A stretch of DNA of 64,000 nt from an uncultured Actinomycetes bacterium (GTDB lineage Bacteria; Actinomycetota; Thermoleophilia; Gaiellales; Gaiellaceae). The stretch lies in the NCBI GenBank assembly GCA_963755605.1, contig CAVWKK010000008.1, positions 551,225-615,224 of the forward strand. Direction: 5' to 3'. Each line of letters starts with the position of its first letter. The first letter of the stretch is position 1. The notes beneath the pieces are model-generated. The model was not told where the DNA came from and did not search any database. It worked only from the letters and a program-made list of their open reading frames with translations. Position numbers and translations under genes: made by a program. Below, one piece after another: positions 37,466-45,399 of this stretch.

Positions 37466-39145
37466 GTGAAAAGCAGATTGAAGATGTCCCGGAAGCTCGG
37501 CATGCTCGCGCTGCTCGCAGCGCTTGCCCTGCTGGCAGCCGGGTGCGGTGGAGGAGGCAAGAAGTCCTCCAACAGCAGCACCACGGGAGGTGGCAGCAGC
37601 AGCGGCAAGACGTATCCCGTGCTGAACGTCGTGTGGGACGCGCCGGACTACATGGATCCGGCTCTGTACTACACCGTGGCTGCGTATCAGATCGACAACT
37701 ACGTCTGGACCGGTCTCGTGGGCTACAAGCACACGTCCGGCCCGGCGAGTGCCGAGCTCGTCCCTTACCTCGCGGAGAGCATGCCGGATATCTCAGCGGA
37801 CGGGAAGGTGTACACCTTCACGCTTCGCGACGGCTTGAAGTACTCCGACGGGACTGCTGTCAAGGCCAGCGATTTCCAGTACTCGATCGAGCGAGACTTC
37901 AAGATGGACTCGCCCGGCGTCGGCTTCTACTCGGACATCGAAGGCGTGAGCGGTGACAACGGCTACGCGACAACGAAGAAGGGCCACATCTCCGGAATCA
38001 AGGTCGACGATGCGACCCGCAAGATCACGATCACGCTGACGCAGCCGCGTGCCGACTTCCTGTACATCCTGGCACTGGAGTTCTCGCACTTCGTTCCGAC
38101 AGGGACTCCCGACAGCGACCAGTCGGCACATCCGATTCCGGCAACAGGGCCGTACATGATCCAGAGCTATGTCCCGAGCCGAAGCTTCGTGCTCGTCAGG
38201 AATCCGAACTACAACAACCAGATTCCGACCATGCCGACGGGAGCTCCCGACAAGGTGGTCGGGAAGATCATCACCGATCCGGTCGCGGCGTACCAGCAAG
38301 TCGTGAGCAACAAGTCCGACTACGACTTCCAGGTCGTCCCGAACGATCGCCTTCCGGAGGCGCAGAACAAGTACAAGGACCAGCTGCGGATCTACACCAA
38401 CGCGAACACGTACTACTACGCGTTGAACAACAAGATCCCGCCGTTCAACAACATCAAGGCACGCAAGGCGGTGCAGATGGCGGTCGATCCGAACGCCATC
38501 ATCTCCGGCATCTACGGCGGCCTCGGCCGCCCGACGGAGAACTTCCTACCGCCGGGCTATCCGCAGTACCAGAAGATCGATGCGTGGCATTTCGATCTCG
38601 CTGGTGCCAAGAAGCTCGTGCAGGAGTCGGGCACGGCCGGCGCATCGGTCGACGTGTACGGCACCAACGAGGATCCGTCGAAGTCGACGATCGAGTACCT
38701 GTCAAACCAGCTGTCGAAGATCGGCTACAAGCCGAAGCTTCATCTCCTGAGCCACCAGGTCTATTTCCAGACAATCGGCAACCAGGCGACGAAGGCCCAG
38801 GCGATGTTCACCGACTGGTTCCAGGACTACCCGCATCCGCTCGACTGGTTCGACGTGCTGCTCAACGGCAACCGAATTACGCAGCAGCACAACAACAACG
38901 TGGGCAACGTGAACGTCCCCTCGGTCAACGCCGAGATCGAGGCGCTCAAGAAGGAAACGGGTACGTCGCAGGCGGTCAACGACCGCTGGGCGAAGGTGGA
39001 CAAGGATCTCATGGCTACCTACGCCACGACCGTCCCGTACATGAACCGATCTCAGACCGACTTCTTCAGTAACAGGATGGACATGAGCTGTTACAAGTTC
39101 AGCGTCGTTCTCTACTGGGACTGGGGTCTGAGCTGCCAGAAGTAG
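37466..39145 (+). CDS. ABC transporter substrate-binding lipoprotein, family 5
   Basis: GTG 37466 has GGGAGGAG 8 nt upstream. The lipobox is LALLAAGCGGGG, followed by a Ser/Gly linker and the family-5 block YLAESMPDISADGKVYTFTLRDGLKYSDGTAVKA. Confidence 0.88.
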   Translation: MKSRLKMSRKLGMLALLAALALLAAGCGGGGKKSSNSSTTGGGSSSGKTYPVLNVVWDAPDYMDPALYYTVAAYQIDNYVWTGLVGYKHTSGPASAELVPYLAESMPDISADGKVYTFTLRDGLKYSDGTAVKASDFQYSIERDFKMDSPGVGFYSDIEGVSGDNGYATTKKGHISGIKVDDATRKITITLTQPRADFLYILALEFSHFVPTGTPDSDQSAHPIPATGPYMIQSYVPSRSFVLVRNPNYNNQIPTMPTGAPDKVVGKIITDPVAAYQQVVSNKSDYDFQVVPNDRLPEAQNKYKDQLRIYTNANTYYYALNNKIPPFNNIKARKAVQMAVDPNAIISGIYGGLGRPTENFLPPGYPQYQKIDAWHFDLAGAKKLVQESGTAGASVDVYGTNEDPSKSTIEYLSNQLSKIGYKPKLHLLSHQVYFQTIGNQATKAQAMFTDWFQDYPHPLDWFDVLLNGNRITQQHNNNVGNVNVPSVNAEIEALKKETGTSQAVNDRWAKVDKDLMATYATTVPYMNRSQTDFFSNRMDMSCYKFSVVLYWDWGLSCQK

Positions 39146-39155
39146 CTCGTCGTGA

Positions 39156-39192
39156 GGGGGGAGAGCCCGGCGCCCGCCGGGCCTCTCCCCCC
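39156..39192 (+). terminator. Strong intra-operon hairpin / partial terminator between the SBP and permease genes
   Basis: GGGGGGAGAGCCCGGC-GCCC-GCCGGG(C)CTCTCCCCCC, followed by TGTTCGACTTTT. Confidence 0.6.
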
Positions 39193-39228
39193 TGTTCGAC
39201 TTTTGCGGGCAATGGGAACGGGGTGTAG

Positions 39229-40308
39229 GTGGCCACAACCGATTCGTCTACCGAGTTCACCCTCGACCCTGCGGCCAGTCTCGCCGAGGACGAGGGTGGG
39301 GCGATCGAGGGCAAGAGCCCCTGGGCCCTCGCGGGGAGGCGTCTGCGCCGGAACTACGTCGCCCTAGGGTTCCTGCTGCTGTTCATCGTGATCGTCGTCC
39401 TCTGCGCGCTCGCCGGGCCTTACGCCCATCACATTGCGCACTCGGGCCCGAACGACAACCACCTCGGCGAGACCTTCGAACGGAACGGCAAGCAGGTCCA
39501 GATCGTCTCGAAAGGTGGCTTCGTCAACGGGACGTTCATGGCGGGCGGCATTCCTGTCGGCCCGCAGCTCTGGCATGCCGGGGGCCGGTACGTGTTCGGT
39601 GCCGACAATCAGGGTCGCGACGTCGCGGTCCGCCTGCTGTACGGCGGCCTCAACTCGTTGAAGGTCGGTATCGGCTCCGCGCTGATCTGCACGCTCGCCG
39701 CGTTGCTCTTTGCCTTGCTGGCCGGCTATTTCGGCGGCTGGGTGGACTGGGTGATCTCTCGCTTCTTCGACCTGATCTGGGCGTTCCCAGTGCTTCTCCT
39801 TGCGATCGCGCTCGGTACCGCGCTTTCGATCAACGGCTTTCACCACTTCGGCATCAACATCCAAAGCGGAAGTCTCTGGATTCCGACGCTCGTGATCTCG
39901 TACGTGCTGATCCCGTACATCGGCCGCCCGCTACGCGGTCAGATCCTCTCTTTGCGCGAGAAAGAGTTCATCGAGGCGGCGACCGCGCAGGGCGCGAGCC
40001 CCGTGCGCGTGATGCTCAGCGAGCTGATGCCGAACATCGCGTCGTCCGTGATGGTGTTCTTCACGCTGATCATCGCGAACAACATCCTCACCGAGGCCGG
40101 GCTCTCGTTCCTCGGGGCAGGCGTGCAGCCGCCGAGCCCGTCGTGGGGCACTCTGATCGCAGACGGACAGTCGCGGATCGTCACGGCGCCGTGGCTCGCA
40201 ATCATTCCCGGCATCGCGATCGTCTTGACGGTGCTCTCTCTGAACATCTTCGGCGACGGCCTGCGCGACGCGCTCGACCCGCGCGCGAAGGTGAGGATGG
40301 AGCGCTAG
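39229..40308 (+). CDS. ABC transporter permease (DppC/OppC type, extended N-terminal/periplasmic region)
   Basis: FGADNQGRDVAVRLLYGG, EFIEAATAQGASPVRVMLSELMPN and NIFGDGLRDALDPR. Confidence 0.88.
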   Translation: MATTDSSTEFTLDPAASLAEDEGGAIEGKSPWALAGRRLRRNYVALGFLLLFIVIVVLCALAGPYAHHIAHSGPNDNHLGETFERNGKQVQIVSKGGFVNGTFMAGGIPVGPQLWHAGGRYVFGADNQGRDVAVRLLYGGLNSLKVGIGSALICTLAALLFALLAGYFGGWVDWVISRFFDLIWAFPVLLLAIALGTALSINGFHHFGINIQSGSLWIPTLVISYVLIPYIGRPLRGQILSLREKEFIEAATAQGASPVRVMLSELMPNIASSVMVFFTLIIANNILTEAGLSFLGAGVQPPSPSWGTLIADGQSRIVTAPWLAIIPGIAIVLTVLSLNIFGDGLRDALDPRAKVRMER

Positions 40309-41262
40309 ATGCTGACGTTTCTCATTCGCCGCCTGGTCGGCGCGGTGCTCGTGCTGATCGCGGTCAGCTTCATCACCTATCTGATCTTCGTGAAGATTCC
40401 GGGCGGCGACCCCGCCGCGCGGATCGCCGGCAGGACCGCCACCGAGGCGAACATCCAGGACATCCGCGAAAAGCTGCACCTGAACGATCCGTTCTACTCG
40501 CAGTATTGGGCGATGATGCAGTCGCTCTTCACCGGGAGCCTGAAGTCGTATTCGAGTCAGCTGAACGTCCTCCAGCAGATCAAGAGCGGTATTCCGGCGA
40601 CGATGTCACTCACGATCGGCGCGGGCATCATCTGGCTCTTCTTCGGCGTCGTCGTGGGGGTGATCTCCGCAGTCAAGGCGGGCCTGTGGTCGGACCGTGT
40701 GATCACCGTCCTGGCGCTGATCGGGATCTCGATGCCCGTGTTCTGGCTCGGGCTGATCGTGCGCTACCTGTTCGCGCAGAACCATCCGTTCGCGCTGTTA
40801 CCCGACGGTGAATATGTCGCGCTGACGACGAACCCGTGGCAGTGGTTCGTGCATCTGATCCTGCCGTGGCTCGTGCTCGCCGTGCTGTTCATCGGCTTCT
40901 ACGGCCGCGTGCTGCGCTCGAACATTCTGGACACGATCAACGAGGACTACGTGCGCACGGCCAAAGCCAAGGGCCTGCCGCCGCAGCGCGTGCTCGTCAA
41001 GCACGTCCTGCGGAACTCGCTGATCCCGATCGTGACGCTCTTCGGCCTCGACTTCGCGGCCGTCATCGGCGGCAGTGCGATCCTGACGGAGACGGTCTTC
41101 GATCTGAAGGGCGTGGGCCAGTATGCGGCGGAGTCGACGCAGAGCCTCGACCTGCCGCCCATCATGGGCGTGACGATCTACGCAACCTTCTTCATCGTGA
41201 TCTTCAGCGTTCTCGTCGACCTGCTCTACGCCTGGCTCGACCCGCGGATCCGCCCGACGTAA
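40309..41262 (+). CDS. ABC transporter permease (DppB/OppB type)
   Basis: MLTFLIRRLVGAVLVLIAVSFITYLIF, YVRTAKAKGLPPQRVLVKHVLRN and LLYAWLDPRIR. Confidence 0.9.
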   Translation: MLTFLIRRLVGAVLVLIAVSFITYLIFVKIPGGDPAARIAGRTATEANIQDIREKLHLNDPFYSQYWAMMQSLFTGSLKSYSSQLNVLQQIKSGIPATMSLTIGAGIIWLFFGVVVGVISAVKAGLWSDRVITVLALIGISMPVFWLGLIVRYLFAQNHPFALLPDGEYVALTTNPWQWFVHLILPWLVLAVLFIGFYGRVLRSNILDTINEDYVRTAKAKGLPPQRVLVKHVLRNSLIPIVTLFGLDFAAVIGGSAILTETVFDLKGVGQYAAESTQSLDLPPIMGVTIYATFFIVIFSVLVDLLYAWLDPRIRPT

Positions 41263-42290
41263 TGGCAGAGCGGCTCATCGAGGTAGAGGACCTGAAGGTC
41301 CAGTTCGCGACCGAGGACGGCATCGTCAAGGCCGTCGACGGCGTCAGCTTCGAGCTGAGCCGCGGCCAGGTGCTCGGGATCGTGGGGGAGTCCGGTTCCG
41401 GCAAGAGCGTGACGGCGATGACCTTGCTCGGGCTGACGCGCGATCGCAACACGCGCTTCGAGGGCGCAGTTCGTTACAAAGGCCGGAACGTCCTCGAGAT
41501 GAAGGAGGACGAGCTGCAGGAGGTGCGCGGCAATGAGATGTCGATGATCTTCCAGGATCCGATGACGTCTCTGAACCCGGTCTACACGATCGGGACGCAG
41601 ATCTGCGAGGCGATCCGGATCCACGAGCGTGCGGACAAGGGCCAGGCCCGGCGGCGCGCGATCGACCTGCTCAAGCAGGTGGGGATTCCGAACGCGGACG
41701 AGCGGGTGGACAACTACCCGCACGAGTTCTCCGGCGGGATGCGCCAGCGCGCCATGATCGCGATGGCGCTCGCGTGCAACCCTGACGTGTTGATCGCCGA
41801 CGAGCCGACCACGGCGCTCGACGTGACGATCCAGGCGCAGATCATCGAGCTGATCGACCGGCTCAAGGACGAGTTCAACTCCGCCGTGATCCTGATCACC
41901 CACGACCTCGGGGTCGTCGCCGATGTCGCCGACGAGATCGTCGTCATGTACGCCGGGCGTGTCGTCGAGCGCGCGCAGACCCGCAGTCTCTTCTACGACC
42001 CGCAGCACCCGTACACGTGGGGGCTGCTCGGGTCGATCCCGCGCCTCGACAGGCCGAAGCAGGAGCGGCTGCACTCGATCCAGGGGACGCCGCCGTCGCT
42101 GATTCGGACTCCGACCGGCTGCAAGTTCAGGCCGCGGTGCCCGCACGCGTTCGACAAGTGCATGGAGGAGCCGCGGCTCGAGAACAGGGTCGAGGAGCCC
42201 GGCCACCTCGACCGCTGCTGGCTGTCGGTGGACGAGAAGCGGCGCCTGCGCGTGGCGACCCTCGCCGGCGAGGACGAGGCGGCGGCTTGA
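41262..42290 (+). CDS. ABC transporter ATP-binding protein (OppD type)
   Basis: The ATG shares 1 nt with the upstream TAA. Motifs are [27 protein letters not shown] and QHPYTWGL. Confidence 0.92.
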   Translation: MAERLIEVEDLKVQFATEDGIVKAVDGVSFELSRGQVLGIVGESGSGKSVTAMTLLGLTRDRNTRFEGAVRYKGRNVLEMKEDELQEVRGNEMSMIFQDPMTSLNPVYTIGTQICEAIRIHERADKGQARRRAIDLLKQVGIPNADERVDNYPHEFSGGMRQRAMIAMALACNPDVLIADEPTTALDVTIQAQIIELIDRLKDEFNSAVILITHDLGVVADVADEIVVMYAGRVVERAQTRSLFYDPQHPYTWGLLGSIPRLDRPKQERLHSIQGTPPSLIRTPTGCKFRPRCPHAFDKCMEEPRLENRVEEPGHLDRCWLSVDEKRRLRVATLAGEDEAAA

Positions 42291-43396
42291 ACGAGAGGCA
42301 CCGCAACGGCGGCGACCCGCTCATCGAGGTCCGGAACGTCAAGAAGTACTTCCCGATCCGGAAGGGCCTTCTCCAGCGCGAGGTCGGGGCGGTCCATGCG
42401 GTGGACGACATCACCTTCGCGGTGCGCGAGGGCGAGACGCTCGGCCTCGTGGGGGAGTCAGGCTGCGGCAAGTCCACGCTCGGCCGCACGATCGTCCGGC
42501 TCTACGAGCCGACCGAGGGGTCGGTCCTTTTCCAGGGCAAGGACATCTCGAAGCTCCGGACGCGGGCACTGAGGCCGCTCCGCCGCGAGATGCAGATGAT
42601 CTTCCAGGATCCCTACGCCAGCCTGAACCCTCGCAAGCGGGTGGGCTCGATCATCGGCACGCCCCTGAAGATCCACGGCGTGGAGAAGTCGAAGCGCCGG
42701 GCGAGGGTGCAGGAACTGCTCGAGACCGTAGGGCTCTCGCCCGAGCACTACAACCGCTTCCCCCACGAGTTCTCGGGCGGCCAGCGCCAGCGGATCGGGG
42801 TGGCCCGGGCCCTGGCCCTGAACCCGAAGCTGATCGTCGCCGACGAGCCCGTTTCGGCCCTGGACGTGTCGATCCAGTCCCAGATGCTGAATCTCCTGGA
42901 CGACCTGCAGAAGGAGCTCCAGCTGACCTACATCTTCATCGCCCACGACCTGGGGGTCGTGCGGCACGTCAGCGACCGGATCGCCGTGATGTACCTGGGG
43001 AAGCTCGTCGAGCTCTCGCCGGCCGAGGATCTCTACAAGCGGCCGATCATGCCCTACACCGAGGCGCTGCTCTCGGCCGTCCCGATCCCGGATCCGGACC
43101 TGAGCCACCAGCGGGAGCGGATCGTGCTCCAGGGGGACGTGCCGAGCCCGATCAACCCACCGTCCGGCTGCCGGTTCCATCCCCGGTGCCGCTACATGAC
43201 GGATATCTGCAAGGAGGTCGAGCCGCCGCTCGTGGATTACGGCCGCGGCCACCTGGCCGCCTGCCACCACCCGCTGAACGTCGACCGGGAGACCCTGGAG
43301 CAGGTCAGGGTCTCGAAGACGCACTCTCCGGCCTCGTCGGACGAAGGAGCGAAGCCCCAAGACCCTGGGAAAGAAAGGGCACGACCAATCCCTTAA
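42287..43396 (+). CDS. ABC transporter ATP-binding protein (OppF type)
   Basis: A TTG start in a TTGA overlap. Motifs are [34 protein letters not shown] and CRFHPRCR. Confidence 0.9.
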   Translation: MNERHRNGGDPLIEVRNVKKYFPIRKGLLQREVGAVHAVDDITFAVREGETLGLVGESGCGKSTLGRTIVRLYEPTEGSVLFQGKDISKLRTRALRPLRREMQMIFQDPYASLNPRKRVGSIIGTPLKIHGVEKSKRRARVQELLETVGLSPEHYNRFPHEFSGGQRQRIGVARALALNPKLIVADEPVSALDVSIQSQMLNLLDDLQKELQLTYIFIAHDLGVVRHVSDRIAVMYLGKLVELSPAEDLYKRPIMPYTEALLSAVPIPDPDLSHQRERIVLQGDVPSPINPPSGCRFHPRCRYMTDICKEVEPPLVDYGRGHLAACHHPLNVDRETLEQVRVSKTHSPASSDEGAKPQDPGKERARPIP

Positions 43397-43450
43397 ACGG
43401 GGTAAGACCCGCCGCTAAAGCGGCTTAGCCATGCGGCCGATAGGCCCACT

Positions 43451-43780
43451 ATGGACGCCGCAGAGCGCAAGGAGATCCTGAGCCGGTACATGGACCATCA
43501 GCGCCGCTTCGAGGCGGTCGCTGCCAAGCGGCAAAACGGAAGCGCCGAAGTGATTCCCTTCTCCGGCCCTCTCCGCGAGCTCGAGCAAGAGCCCACCATG
43601 CGCGAAATCGAGGTGCTCCAGCTGATCTCGGACGGCCTCGTGAACCGCGAGATCGGCGTGCGTCTATTCCTCTCGGAGGAGACGGTGAAATCTCATGTCC
43701 GGCACCTGCTCGCCAAGCTGCAGGCCCGTTCCAGGGCACACGCGGTCGCTGTCGGCTTCCGACGCGGCCTGATCGCCTAG
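43451..43780 (+). CDS. Small LuxR/GerE-family HTH transcriptional regulator
   Basis: 109 aa with the C-terminal MREIEVLQLISDGLVNREIGVRLFLSEETVKSHVRHLLAKL. Confidence 0.85.
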   Translation: MDAAERKEILSRYMDHQRRFEAVAAKRQNGSAEVIPFSGPLRELEQEPTMREIEVLQLISDGLVNREIGVRLFLSEETVKSHVRHLLAKLQARSRAHAVAVGFRRGLIA

Positions 43781-43803
43781 CTCTGCCCCTGTAGTCCCCC
43801 GGT

Positions 43804-43856
43804 TTTCCACTGTCCTGTGGAAATCCCTCAACAGGGGGATGTCCACACTGTGTGGA
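43804..43856. promoter_or_regulatory. Two palindromic sites sharing a TTTCCACA/TGTGGAAA half-site
   Basis: IR1 is TTTCCAC-TGTCCT-GTGGAAA (43804..43823). IR2 is TCCACA-CTG-TGTGGA(AAA) (43842..43856). Neither has a following U-tract. The role as a protein-binding site is inferred. Confidence 0.35.
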
Positions 43857-44106
43857 AAACAGAAGCTACGCGAGCTTTACCAAGTCTTGAGTTGTCCGGC
43901 AACAGTCGCCACAGAAACGGCGGCACTGAGCGCGGCGATCACGCGAGGCGCGATACGCATGAGGAACTCCCTCTTTTGGGGGACTGACGGCACTGCGAGT
44001 TTACGCACATACGAGCAGACTTTTCAAGGCTCCGGGGAGCTTTAAGACCGGATTTTCGAGCCTTGGGGTCTATGCCGGGCTTCTAGGGCTCTTCAGCCTG
44101 ATACTC

Positions 44107-45399
44107 GTGGCAGCGCTCGCCTCGACAATCGGGTTCCTCCCCTACGCGCGGTCGGCATGGCCTCTCCCAGCCATTGCCCTTCTTGCGATCGTCGCCGAAC
44201 GACAGACCGTGCGGCTTGCCGCCAACCTGCAGTTGTCAGTTGTCTTCTTGCCACTGCTCTTTGCAGCGGTCGTTTTCGGTCCGTTCGCGGCCGCTCTCAT
44301 CGGGGCGATCACGGTTCTCCCCGACTTTGGCCGGCCCTTCACTCGGTGGGTGGTCTGGACTGGGAACCGCACGATCGTTGGGGGGCTTGCCGGCGTCGCG
44401 GCTTACCAGGTCATGCATTCCGGAGGAAATAGCTTCGCTCGAATTCTGGCTGCCACATCAGCGGCCGCAGTTGTTGATTTCGGCCTTGACTTTCTGCTCA
44501 ACGGGACAACCCTTGTTCTTCGTGGAACCGGGTCGATCCGTGACTTGGCTCGGACGACCGGGCCCGTTGCCCTGGCTGGGTTCCCGCTCTACACGGCGCT
44601 CGTGGGGATCTTGGCTTACAGCTACATCGCTTTCACGCCTTGGAGCGCAGCTCTCTTCTTCATCCCAGCCCTCGCTGCCCAGCGGTTGCATGTCATGTAT
44701 CGGGAACAGCAAGAGGCGCTCTCGCACCTGGGCGATGCAAACGCACGTCTAGAGCGCGCGAGCCTGTCGTTCGCGAGCGCTCTCGTGGCTACTTTGGATG
44801 CGCGAGACCGTTACACGGCTGGTCATTCGGCTGCCGTCGCGATCTATTCCCGCGACATCGCGGTCCGGCTCGGTCTCTCCGCCGAAGAACAACAGCTTGT
44901 CCACCTTTGTGGCCTCGTTCACGACATCGGCAAAGTTGGTCTCCCGGCCGGACTGTTGGAGAAGCCAGGCGCTCTTACCCTCGAGGAGCGACGGCAAATG
45001 GAAGAGCATGCCGCGATTGGCGAACGGATCCTGTCCAAGGTTGAGGACTACGCCGAGATCGCCCGTATTGTGCGTCACCACCACGAACGGGTCGATGGTT
45101 TGGGATATCCGGACGGTCTCGCCGACGACGAAATACCACTCCTTGCACGAATCATCGCCGTGGCGGATGCCTATAACGCGATGACATCGGATCGCCCATA
45201 TCGCGACGCGATGCCGAGCCGTGTTGCGCGGCTCCGGCTCGCGCAAGCCGTGGAGAGTCAGTTCGACACGTCTGTCGTTGCGGCATTTGAGGCAATTTTG
45301 GCCAGTTCGAGTGAGGAGTACCGTGCGGGTAGCCGTGACGATTTCACCCTCGAGACTCAGCAGGCGCAGCAACCCGTGCTCGAAGCAGCTACGGCTTAG
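44107..45399 (+). CDS. Membrane-anchored HD-GYP domain protein (putative c-di-GMP phosphodiesterase)
   Basis: About 190 aa of polytopic N-terminus. Then GHSAAVAIYSRDIA, LVHDIGKVGLP and HHERVDGLGYPDGL (the HD..HHE..GYP signature). Confidence 0.88.
   Translation: MAALASTIGFLPYARSAWPLPAIALLAIVAERQTVRLAANLQLSVVFLPLLFAAVVFGPFAAALIGAITVLPDFGRPFTRWVVWTGNRTIVGGLAGVAAYQVMHSGGNSFARILAATSAAAVVDFGLDFLLNGTTLVLRGTGSIRDLARTTGPVALAGFPLYTALVGILAYSYIAFTPWSAALFFIPALAAQRLHVMYREQQEALSHLGDANARLERASLSFASALVATLDARDRYTAGHSAAVAIYSRDIAVRLGLSAEEQQLVHLCGLVHDIGKVGLPAGLLEKPGALTLEERRQMEEHAAIGERILSKVEDYAEIARIVRHHHERVDGLGYPDGLADDEIPLLARIIAVADAYNAMTSDRPYRDAMPSRVARLRLAQAVESQFDTSVVAAFEAILASSSEEYRAGSRDDFTLETQQAQQPVLEAATA

Noticed and set aside
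41226-43360. 326-aa and 300-aa minus-strand ORFs
   Set aside because: They are antisense to the OppD/OppF-type ATPase genes, which have full Walker and signature motifs.
43804-43856. Interpreting the two palindromes as bidirectional terminators for the convergent genes
   Set aside because: The stems are short and A/U-rich, and neither strand has a following U-tract. The shared half-site argues for a protein-binding site, so they are reported as such at low confidence.
43839-44045. 68-aa plus-strand ORF in the luxR/HD-GYP gap
   Set aside because: It has no SD and poor codon bias. It overlaps the better-supported minus-strand mini-ORF and the palindromic sites.
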